A program made the position numbers and the translations under genes. A DNA stretch of 64,000 nt, taken from Desulfobaccales bacterium (GTDB lineage Bacteria; Desulfobacterota; Desulfobaccia; Desulfobaccales; 0-14-0-80-60-11). The notes beneath the pieces are model-generated. The model did no database searches, had not been told where the DNA came from, and worked only from the letters and a program-made list of their open reading frames with translations. Positions within the stretch are counted from its first letter, which is position 1; every line of letters begins with the position of its first letter. The stretch is taken from contig JBIOJX010000001.1 in NCBI GenBank assembly GCA_044451265.1, positions 1,892 to 65,891 on the forward strand. Reading direction: 5' to 3'. Shown piece after piece: positions 38,914-45,983 of this stretch.

Positions 38914-39417
38914 TTACAAGGTAGCCGCCACCTTCTGGGCGACGGTATGGGCAAGGGCCTGGATCTCCTCGGGCGGCATCTCCTCAATCCCGAACAGATT
39001 CCGGTCAAAGTCGTAGAGGAGGTCGGCAATGATGACTTCCGGTGCGAGGCCCTCGATCACCCCATTCATCATGCGTGACGAACAGTTGACGAAACACCCT
39101 TCCAAGGCGATCAGACGCGTGGCCTTGCGGACGAGGTTCCGTTGTCCCGTATCCTTGGTGAATGCTCCGCCGAGGCAAATCCTGACGGTCTTCTCGGGAG
39201 CCAGCGTGTGGCAAAGAATGTTAGCCGCCTGGCGGGCCACCTCGCCCCGCAGGCAGGCGCCCTCACAGCACATAACGACCACCGGCTTGGATTTTTGGCG
39301 TTCTGCATAGTCCTCGCAGAGATTGCAGCTGTTTTTTGCCTTCTCCAGGCGCACCAATTCATAATCGCCGGTTGTTCCCGCTTCGCTGCCTGTTCCGCAA
39401 CAACCTGTGTTACTCAT
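38914..39417 (-). CDS. DGC-like (EGC variant) Cys-rich protein with N-terminal MSNTGCC tag
   Basis: VVVMCCEGACLRGE...VRICLGGAF...RLIALEGCFVNCSSR follows the DGC-domain layout. Start taken as ATGAGT after the GGAGG SD. Confidence 0.65.
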   Translation of the reverse strand: MSNTGCCGTGSEAGTTGDYELVRLEKAKNSCNLCEDYAERQKSKPVVVMCCEGACLRGEVARQAANILCHTLAPEKTVRICLGGAFTKDTGQRNLVRKATRLIALEGCFVNCSSRMMNGVIEGLAPEVIIADLLYDFDRNLFGIEEMPPEEIQALAHTVAQKVAATL

Positions 39418-39495
39418 AAGTTCCTCCATCTGTGGTAGTCCTCGACATTTAATTAGATTATGCGATAGCTGATCGAAGCGCTTCGGTCTTGCATG

Positions 39496-39526
39496 TTAAG
39501 ACGGATTAGCATCAGGAAAAGTTACA
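39496..39526 (-). promoter_or_regulatory. ECF-type promoter P2: TGTAACTTT-N14-CGTCTTAA upstream of the DGC-like/OsmC-like pair
   Basis: Coding-strand sequence tgtaacttttcctgatgctaatccgtcttaac. The -35 and -10 blocks and the spacing are identical to P1 at 40446-40476. Confidence 0.55.
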
Positions 39527-39608
39527 GAACCTTGCCAGACGGGAGATAGGGCAGAGAGAGGGGAACAAGAGTATCAGGACCGGAGACTCCCCCGTTCCGG
39601 TGATAGGT

Positions 39609-40136
39609 TCACCGGCCGAGGCATTGGTGTGCTCCGTTTTGTGAATACCGCTTTTCTTCAAGGATGGCCTTGAGTTGTTTCCGGGCCCGGTGCAGCCGGA
39701 CTTTGACATTTTCCAGCGAAATACCCAGGAGATCTGCGGCCTCTTGATGACTCTCCTCTTTGATGTCACAGAGAAATACCACCTGGCGCATAGGTTCCGG
39801 CAAGAGCTTGATCAACTCCTGCACCCACAGGCTCGTTTGGTACTGTTCAATCTCCTTTTCCAAGGAGGATTCGCCCGGCAATTCTCCGGCCGGATTGTCT
39901 TCGAAGGGAATTAACTTCCGGCTGGGGCTGCGAAAATAATCCTGGCGGAGATTGGTGGCGATACGGAAAATCCAACCGGACAGTTTGGCCTGGTCCCTAA
40001 CTTTGGGAAGATTTTGCAAAACCCGGAGAAAAGTCTCCTGCACTAGGTCGTCGGCAACCCAGCGGTTCTTCACCGAGGCCAGGATGAACCTTCTGACACG
40101 GTCGTAGTGCTGCTCGTAGACCTCGTAAAAATCCAC
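39609..40136 (-). CDS. ECF-family RNA polymerase sigma factor
   Basis: Region 2 (..DLVQETFLRVLQNL..) and region 4 (..EESHQEAADLLGISLENVKVRLHRARKQL). GTG start 3 nt after the upstream stop. Confidence 0.9.
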   Translation of the reverse strand: MDFYEVYEQHYDRVRRFILASVKNRWVADDLVQETFLRVLQNLPKVRDQAKLSGWIFRIATNLRQDYFRSPSRKLIPFEDNPAGELPGESSLEKEIEQYQTSLWVQELIKLLPEPMRQVVFLCDIKEESHQEAADLLGISLENVKVRLHRARKQLKAILEEKRYSQNGAHQCLGR

Positions 40137-40139
40137 TCA

Positions 40140-40415
40140 CTAATCTCCCTCAGGCTTCTCCCAACACGGCCGCCCCGCCTCTTCCAGGGCGGCAAAGACA
40201 TCTTCTTCCTTCACCCCGATGGCTTTTCTAACGTGATTTCCCATCAACATGCTGAGGCTATTTTTGATTTTATTGGCTATCTCCATAGCCTGGAGCACCT
40301 CGTCCGGGTCCAGCCCCAGTTTTTCTGCTTGCTGGTAATAATAGTTGAAACAGGGCATGCAATTGGCGGCCATGGAGGCCCCCAAGCTCACCAGCAGTTC
40401 GGTTTTCTTGTCCAT
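40140..40415 (-). CDS. AhpD-like / carboxymuconolactone decarboxylase-family protein with CxxC
   Basis: 91 aa: ..ELLVSLGASMAANCMPCFNYYY.. (CMD-domain CxxC helix). Confidence 0.85.
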   Translation of the reverse strand: MDKKTELLVSLGASMAANCMPCFNYYYQQAEKLGLDPDEVLQAMEIANKIKNSLSMLMGNHVRKAIGVKEEDVFAALEEAGRPCWEKPEGD

Positions 40416-40445
40416 GGATTCTCTCCTTCTGGTGATAGATCAAGT

Positions 40446-40476
40446 TTAAGACGATCAAGACCATGAGAAAGTTACA
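40446..40476 (-). promoter_or_regulatory. ECF-type promoter P1: TGTAACTTT-N14-CGTCTTAA upstream of the ahpD-like/ECF sigma operon
   Basis: Coding-strand sequence tgtaactttctcatggtcttgatcgtcttaaac, about 30 nt upstream of the ahpD-like ATG. AAC...CGT with 17-nt separation fits ECF promoters. Confidence 0.55.
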
Positions 40477-40707
40477 ATAAATCTTGCTGAGAATTCCTGC
40501 AACAGGAGAAAGATAGATTAACCGAGCCTACCGGATCGGCTTAGTCTGGTAGTCTAAGGTAAAATCCTCGATTTTCTTCTAAGCTGTATTTTCACTCCTC
40601 CATTCCTGTTATGCGCAGCCAAATGGGAAAGAATTTTTTTAACCTATGTCAAAAAAAAATCTACCCCCGCGCCGGATTTGGATGATATAAGGGTTTTCTA
40701 TGATAAC

Positions 40708-40723
40708 AACCGGATACCCGGAT
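40708..40723. promoter_or_regulatory. operator-like 16-mer AACCGGATACCCGGAT upstream of the Spy/CpxP-like gene
   Basis: Starts 2 nt after a TATGAT -10-like hexamer and ends 26 nt before the ATG at 40750. Confidence 0.4.
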
Positions 40724-40749
40724 ATTCAATTTATGAACAAGGAGGCCAC

Positions 40750-41193
40750 ATGAATAAAAAATCACTGATGAAAACCTGGGTAATCATTTCCCTGCTCGCG
40801 GCTCTGGGCTTGAGTTTAGGGGCCGTGGATATCGCCTGGGCGCAGGACGGTAGGGGAGGGATGAATGCCAACCTGACCCCGGAGCAGAGCGCCCAGCTCT
40901 TTGATCTCAGGCAGCAGTTCAGGCATGACACCGCAGGACTGCGCAAGCAGATGTTGGTCAAGAGAACCGAGTTGGCGGCGTTATGGCAAAGCCCCGCACC
41001 CGACCAAAACCAGATTCAGGCCAAGCAGCAAGAAATCAATGCGTTGAGAGATCAACTCCAGGCGAAACGCACGGCTTTTCGGCTCCAGAACCAGCAAATC
41101 TGTCCGCAAGCCGGCATGGGCATGGGACGTGGCGGTGGCAGAGGCATGGCCATGGGTCAGGGTTGCGGCCAGGGCCGCGGCTGCAACTGGTAA
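40750..41193 (+). CDS. periplasmic Spy/CpxP/ZraP-family protein
   Basis: Signal peptide, LTPEQ motif, helical Q-rich repeats, Gly/Met-rich C-terminal tail with Cys. ATG at 40750 preceded by AAGGAGG. Confidence 0.75.
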   Translation: MNKKSLMKTWVIISLLAALGLSLGAVDIAWAQDGRGGMNANLTPEQSAQLFDLRQQFRHDTAGLRKQMLVKRTELAALWQSPAPDQNQIQAKQQEINALRDQLQAKRTAFRLQNQQICPQAGMGMGRGGGRGMAMGQGCGQGRGCNW

Positions 41194-41242
41194 GGTTAAA
41201 CAGGGGAAAGGTGGCCGCCCCCTTCTCCTTTCCCCTGCCCCA

Positions 41243-41273
41243 CCTTCTCCCAACCGGCTGGGTTGGGAGAAGG
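41243..41273 (+). terminator. 13-bp perfect stem-loop after the Spy-like gene (no canonical U tract)
   Basis: ccttctcccaacc-ggctg-ggttgggagaagg; preceded by a second hairpin, GGGGAAAGG...CCTTTCCCC. Confidence 0.4.
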
Positions 41274-41392
41274 TTAAAGGGGTGACTTTAGCCGCCGGTT
41301 AACTGATCAAAGATTATGCCGCAGCCTCGGCCACCACGATCAAATAGTTATGGAACTTTTATTACGAGAGAGGCGTGAAAGGGATAAAGGAG

Positions 41393-42088
41393 ATGAAAAG
41401 GATAAAATTTGTGGGAACCTTGCTGGTGTTAACGGCCATGGTCATGTTGCCAATCTCCTTGGCGCCAAGCTGGGCCTTGGGCAAGACGGGTAGCCGGCAA
41501 CGTGCCTGTAACTTGGTAACTTCAGACAACCCCTCATTGGCCAAAAACGAATCAGAGGTGAGGATATTAAGCATCCTTGATGACATAGGGGAGGGGCCCT
41601 GCACGGAGGAACTGCACGGAAGATTGCTATGGATCCTGGCCGAGTCCACCAAGGCCATGAATGTCGTGGAGATCGGCACCGGGAACGGCTACTCGGCTCT
41701 CTGGCTGTGCCTGGGCCTTAAGAACACGGGAGGCAAGCTGGTTACGCATGAAATAGACCACAAACAGGTTTTGTTGGCCAGAGCGAACTTCAAACGGGCC
41801 GGGGTAGAGAACCTGGTTACGGTGGTTGAGGGCGATGCCCACGATACGGTCGGCCAACTGAAGGAGCCCATCGATATACTCTTTATGGATGCGGAGGGGG
41901 GTAACCTGGATTATCTCAACCAGCTTCTGCCCATGGTTCGCCCCGGTGGATTAATCCTGGCAGATAACGTGAGCAAGCCCAACCCCGACCCCCAGTTCAT
42001 CAAGGCCATCACCAACAACCCGAACCTGGAGACGATCTTTTTGAACATGCAGTCCACTGGCCTCAGTGTGACGATCAAAAAACCCTGA
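41393..42088 (+). CDS. class I SAM-dependent O-methyltransferase (family 3) with N-terminal signal-like helix
   Basis: VVEIGTGNGYSALWL (motif I), ..ILFMDAEGG.., ..RPGGLILADN. ATG at 41393 preceded by AAAGGAG. Confidence 0.85.
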   Translation: MKRIKFVGTLLVLTAMVMLPISLAPSWALGKTGSRQRACNLVTSDNPSLAKNESEVRILSILDDIGEGPCTEELHGRLLWILAESTKAMNVVEIGTGNGYSALWLCLGLKNTGGKLVTHEIDHKQVLLARANFKRAGVENLVTVVEGDAHDTVGQLKEPIDILFMDAEGGNLDYLNQLLPMVRPGGLILADNVSKPNPDPQFIKAITNNPNLETIFLNMQSTGLSVTIKKP

Positions 42089-42112
42089 AGCCCCATCCAT
42101 ACGAAGGAGATT

Positions 42113-43441
42113 GTGGTGGAGGGAGTTCCAAAGAAAGAACTTTCACTGTTTGACTCAACCTGCATTATTGTGGGGATCATTATCGGCGCCGGCATTTATG
42201 AAACTGCCCCGATAGTGGCCAAATGCTTGGGAAGTGGGCCTGGCCTGATGCTTGTCTGGCTGACAGGAGGGCTCCTGGCGTTGACGGGCGCCCTGTGCTA
42301 TGCGGAGCTGGCCACCGCCTATCCCCGGGAAGGCGGCGACTACGTTTACCTGACCCGCGCCTATGGCCGCTGGCCGGGCTATATGTTCGGTTGGTCCCAG
42401 TTGGCCATTGTCAGGCCTGGGGATATCGCCCTGATGGCCTTCATCTTTGCCCGATATGCCCAGACACTGTATGCCCCATTTGAACATAGTGGCCTGTTCT
42501 ATGCCGCATCGGCCATCGTGGTGCTGACCATCATCAACATCCTGGGCGTCAAGGCGGGGAAATGGACGCAAAACCTGCTCACCATCACCAAGATCCTGGG
42601 ACTGGTGGGCATCAGTGTAGTCGGCCTAACGGCCCCTCTTGCGGCGCCCCTGCCCCCCGCATCTGGGAGCTTTACTTGGGAAGGGCTGCAACTGGCCTTT
42701 ATCTTGGTGTTTTTCACCTTTGGTGGCTGGAACGAAATGGCTTATGTGGCCGCCGAGGTCAAGCGGCCACACCCAAATATCGTCCGTGCCTTGGTGGCGG
42801 GGACCATAGCGGTAACCGTCCTCTATCTACTGATCAATGGCGCTTTCCTCTCCGCTCTGGGGCTATCGGGCTTGTCTTCCTCCCCAGCTGTGGCCGTTGA
42901 GATGATGGGGAAGGTTTTTCCGCAGGCTGCCGGCCGGGTCATCGCTATCCTCATTTGCATATCGGCCCTGGGGGCGGTTAATGGCCTGGTCTTTACCGGG
43001 GCGCGTATTTCCTATGCCCTGGGTGTCGACCATAAATCCTTCCGTCCTTTGGGCAGATGGAGCCCGAGTCTCGGCACACCGGTGTGGGCCCTGGTAGTTC
43101 AAGGGGTCTTGAGCCTGGCCATCGTCCTGACAGCCGGCTCTTTTTTAGATACCATCCTTTACACCGCTCCCGTGGTTTGGTTATTCTTTCTCGCTACCGG
43201 ATTGTCGGTTTTCGTTCTCCGGCACAAGGAACCAGGCATACTGCGCCCTTATAAGGTACTGGCCTATCCCCTGGTCCCCCTGCTCTTTTCTGGCTGCTGC
43301 CTTTTTATGCTATTCAGTTCCTCTTCATACGCCCTACTCAAGAAACCCATAGGTCTGCTTTTCCTGTCGGCAGTAATCCTGTTGGGGGTGATAGTTTACT
43401 GGTTCAGCGCTGGGTGGGAACATAGGAGATCAGAGAGTTAG
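42113..43441 (+). CDS. APC-superfamily amino acid/polyamine permease
   Basis: 442 aa, about 12 hydrophobic helices; N-terminal ..IVGIIIGAGIYETAP.. motif and ..FTFGGWNEMAYVAAEVK.. Confidence 0.88.
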   Translation: MVEGVPKKELSLFDSTCIIVGIIIGAGIYETAPIVAKCLGSGPGLMLVWLTGGLLALTGALCYAELATAYPREGGDYVYLTRAYGRWPGYMFGWSQLAIVRPGDIALMAFIFARYAQTLYAPFEHSGLFYAASAIVVLTIINILGVKAGKWTQNLLTITKILGLVGISVVGLTAPLAAPLPPASGSFTWEGLQLAFILVFFTFGGWNEMAYVAAEVKRPHPNIVRALVAGTIAVTVLYLLINGAFLSALGLSGLSSSPAVAVEMMGKVFPQAAGRVIAILICISALGAVNGLVFTGARISYALGVDHKSFRPLGRWSPSLGTPVWALVVQGVLSLAIVLTAGSFLDTILYTAPVVWLFFLATGLSVFVLRHKEPGILRPYKVLAYPLVPLLFSGCCLFMLFSSSSYALLKKPIGLLFLSAVILLGVIVYWFSAGWEHRRSES

Positions 43442-43598
43442 CCATTCACTTGAGATTTCCCGCGGCTCGACGCGGTTGAGGCAAGGTGCCAGGAAATGGA
43501 GCAAGAAAATGTAGCATCCAAAAAAGTTGACTTAACAACCGCCGATTTCTTTTTTTTACGCTGTTGTATATGCATGAAACCGATTATCCGCTTTTGAG

Positions 43599-43727
43599 AT
43601 GGAAATGCTGAAGAAGATCGCCAAAGAAAGCCAGTCGGCCGTAATCGTGGTCACCCACGATGTGCGGATGATTGAAGGGTTTGACTGTGTTTATCAACTG
43701 AAGGACGGCCGACTGAACCAGGGGTAG
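43599..43727 (+). pseudogene. C-terminal fragment of an ABC-transporter ATPase (LolD/MacB-like)
   Basis: ..[41 protein letters not shown] is the H-loop/C-terminal end only. A stop lies 24 nt upstream; no Walker motifs present. Confidence 0.6.
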
Positions 43728-43783
43728 GTAGATGGTTTTGCCATTAGCAGAGCGAAGAGTGAATGAAGATAAAAGGATAGGAT

Positions 43784-44296
43784 ATGGCGATAAAGCGCGT
43801 GACTGGGCGTCATGACTTCTTCCTGGCGGCCGGCCTCCTCGGTCTTGCCATGATTCTTGGGGTCATGTTCCATTGGCCCCTGGTGCGGGCTTCCTTGAGA
43901 GGAAACCTGACAACGCTGCTTGACCAGAAGCGCCAGGAACGACGAGAGGTGCAATTCCAAGGAGTAAAAACTTTGGATTTGGCGCAAGCCTACCAAATCT
44001 GGCAGCAAAAGCGAGTTCTCTTCGTGGACGCCCGCAAGGCCGAAGAATATCAGGAGTTACACGTTCAGGGGGCGATGAATGTCCCTCCGGAAACCTGGGG
44101 GGAGCTTGCATCTTCTGAATTGATGAAGAAGGATAGAATGGGGGAACTGGTGGTCTATTGCAGCCAGGAAAGCTGCGACGACGCCCTCAAATTGGCCAAA
44201 AAGCTGCGGGAGGCCGGTTTTACCCGGGTGCTGGCCTTTACTGGGGGCTTCCGGGCCTGGGACGAAGCCGGCTACCCGGCGGATACCAGTCGATAG
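43784..44296 (+). CDS. membrane-anchored rhodanese-domain sulfurtransferase
   Basis: N-terminal helix; ..VLFVDARKAEEYQELHVQGAMNVP...VVYCSQESCDDA (active-site Cys loop) ...GGFRAWDEAGYP. Confidence 0.85.
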   Translation: MAIKRVTGRHDFFLAAGLLGLAMILGVMFHWPLVRASLRGNLTTLLDQKRQERREVQFQGVKTLDLAQAYQIWQQKRVLFVDARKAEEYQELHVQGAMNVPPETWGELASSELMKKDRMGELVVYCSQESCDDALKLAKKLREAGFTRVLAFTGGFRAWDEAGYPADTSR

Positions 44297-44297
44297 C

Positions 44298-44801
44298 ATG
44301 ATAAAGGGGAGGGGGAATTTGTCAGCCTCGATTAAGCGGTTTGTATTTTCGATCTTAGGTTTGGGACTAGGTGGGGTTTTCGTCTATGCAGGCATCCAGA
44401 AGCACCTGGCCCCTTATGAGTTCGCCGAAGCCATCCTGGCCTACCAATTGCTGCCATTTGGACTGGTGGGTCTGGTGGCCGTAACCCTGCCCTGGTTGGA
44501 GATGGTTTCCGGGTTCTCCCTGGCCATGGGATACCTCATGCGAGGCCGGCGATTTTCCAACCCGATCCAAATGGGAGGCCTTCTCCGGCGCAGCGCCCTC
44601 CTGCTGATCTTGGGCCAGTCGCTCCTGTTTGTCGCCGTGCTACTTATCGCCATGGCCCGGGGGCTGAAAATCGACTGTGGCTGTGGTCTTTTTATGGATC
44701 GGCAAGTGGGATTTGGAGCCATCCTGGAAGACGCCTTGCTTTTGGGGGTGCTGGGGTGGCTTTACTGGCGGGAACGCCGGGCCGGGGTCCGAGAGCTTTA
44801 A
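44298..44801 (+). CDS. MauE/DoxX-family membrane protein
   Basis: Four hydrophobic helices; ..VYAGIQKHLAPYEFAEAILAYQLLP.. and a ..DCGCG.. motif. Commonly paired with rhodanese genes. Confidence 0.7.
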   Translation: MIKGRGNLSASIKRFVFSILGLGLGGVFVYAGIQKHLAPYEFAEAILAYQLLPFGLVGLVAVTLPWLEMVSGFSLAMGYLMRGRRFSNPIQMGGLLRRSALLLILGQSLLFVAVLLIAMARGLKIDCGCGLFMDRQVGFGAILEDALLLGVLGWLYWRERRAGVREL

Positions 44802-44822
44802 AGCAAAAGAACCGCGGCTGAG

Positions 44823-44999
44823 CTATCCCAGGTGGGATTTCAAGCCCCGGTTTTTCTGTTCCTTCAGGCGTTTGACGAATTTTTTGAGGAGGCGTAAGGC
44901 TTCACCAGCGTCGCCGTCCAGCACGGTGCTCTCCATCTGTTGAAACTCATCCGGGGTCATGGTCAAAACGATAGGGGTCGCCTTGCCCTCTGTTATCAT
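44823..44999 (-). CDS. small hypothetical protein (58 aa)
   Basis: Below the track cutoff. MITEGKATPIVLTMTPDEFQQMESTVLDGDAGEALRLLKKFVKRLKEQKNRGLKSHLG; no family recognised. Confidence 0.3.
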   Translation of the reverse strand: MITEGKATPIVLTMTPDEFQQMESTVLDGDAGEALRLLKKFVKRLKEQKNRGLKSHLG

Positions 45000-45133
45000 C
45001 GTAAATCCTCCGAAGGAATAATTTGCCGCACCGTTTACGGTAGAATACCGAAGGCGGCAATGAATCTCATCACCGCCCCAGCGGATTGAGTTTAACCAAG
45101 GATTTTGGCAAGCTTCATTTCCATGCTGCGCGG

Positions 45134-45598
45134 TTATTTATCGAACGGATTGACCAGGTGGACCGGTACCTGGGCATTGCGAATGACTTTTTCAACTACA
45201 CTACCGAAGACCGGGCTTTTCTGGTCAATTTCATCATGCCCACGGCCATGGGTGGTAATGACCACCAGGTCGGCCTTTTCTGCCTGAACCGCCTTGAGAA
45301 TTTCGCTGGCTGCGTCGCCCCGGACCAGCCGGATCTCCATATTCGGGCAGGCTTTCAGTTCGGTCTCGCAGATTTGTTGCATCTTACTCTTCGCCTGTTT
45401 CAGTTCCCATTCCTGAAAATGCTGGAGATGATGTTCGCCCGGTTCATGGGCATAGCCGCCAAACATGGAGGCCAAGTCCGTAGCCACATACAGCATAATG
45501 ATCTTCGCCTGATATTTTTCCGCCAGGGAAACAACGTGCTTGACGGATTTTAACGAGTTCCTAGATAAATCGGTGGGCCAAAGAATTGTCCGGATCAT
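45134..45598 (-). CDS. universal stress protein (UspA family)
   Basis: ILWPTDLS....AKIIMLYV...VVITTHGRG....FGSVVEKVIRNAQVPVHLV. Confidence 0.85.
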   Translation of the reverse strand: MIRTILWPTDLSRNSLKSVKHVVSLAEKYQAKIIMLYVATDLASMFGGYAHEPGEHHLQHFQEWELKQAKSKMQQICETELKACPNMEIRLVRGDAASEILKAVQAEKADLVVITTHGRGHDEIDQKSPVFGSVVEKVIRNAQVPVHLVNPFDK

Positions 45599-45670
45599 GG
45601 AGACCCTCCTGAATTAGTGAATCGACCCTTTTCAGCAGCGAGCCGGTCAGTGATAAAGTCCGGCCTCTTC

Positions 45671-45847
45671 TTAGCCGGCAATTTTCTGGGAGCAAACCGG
45701 AGAGCCAGAAACCTGGTGCTCCACCTGTGAATCCGCTGGAACCTGTAAATGGGAGCTGCTTGACCGCAGCTTTTGGGCTCCGCCTCAGCAACCGTAAATG
45801 AAGAAAAGTCCGCCGATGCAGATGCATAAGACCAATTTTTTTCTCAT
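45671..45847 (-). CDS. micro-ORF with signal peptide ending ..IYGC-UGA; possible Sec read-through peptide (GCUG) of 58 aa, or a 20-aa leader/decayed gene
   Basis: AAAGGAGAG SD 4 nt before the ATG. MRKKLVLCICIGGLFFIYGC then UGA (45787-45785), then an open frame to TAA at 45671. 6-bp hairpin AGCUGC-GGUCAA-GCAGCU begins 13 nt after the UGA. Confidence 0.2.
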
Positions 45848-45983
45848 TTTTCTCTCCTTTTATAATATGAGATCGCGGGCTGCCGTCAGTGCTCACCGAC
45901 ATCAGACCCCGGCTTCAAAGGCAATATTGCTCCCTGCTGCGGCTTTCGTAAGGAAATGATAATAGGAAATTCCTATGGCACCG

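Noticed and set aside
38862-39029. N-terminal extensions of track ORFs: 38379-39029, 2156-2686, 2601-3830, 14295-14681, 40678-41193, 46885-47478, 41375-42088.
   Set aside because: The extensions overlap neighbouring genes or promoters and are low-complexity. Internal starts with good SD sequences give proteins that begin at the expected family N-termini.
41352-41381. Third ECF-like promoter, GGAACTTT-N14-CGTGAAAG, upstream of the O-methyltransferase.
   Set aside because: The spacing matches P1/P2, but the -10 block differs (CGTGA vs CGTCT). The predicted start would leave almost no leader before the SD at 41386-41392. Kept only as a weak candidate.
45561-45902. 113-aa minus-strand track ORF between the DGC and Usp genes.
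   Set aside because: Its composition is Arg/Leu/Ser-rich with no SD. A different frame contains a strong SD plus a signal-peptide micro-ORF, discussed separately.
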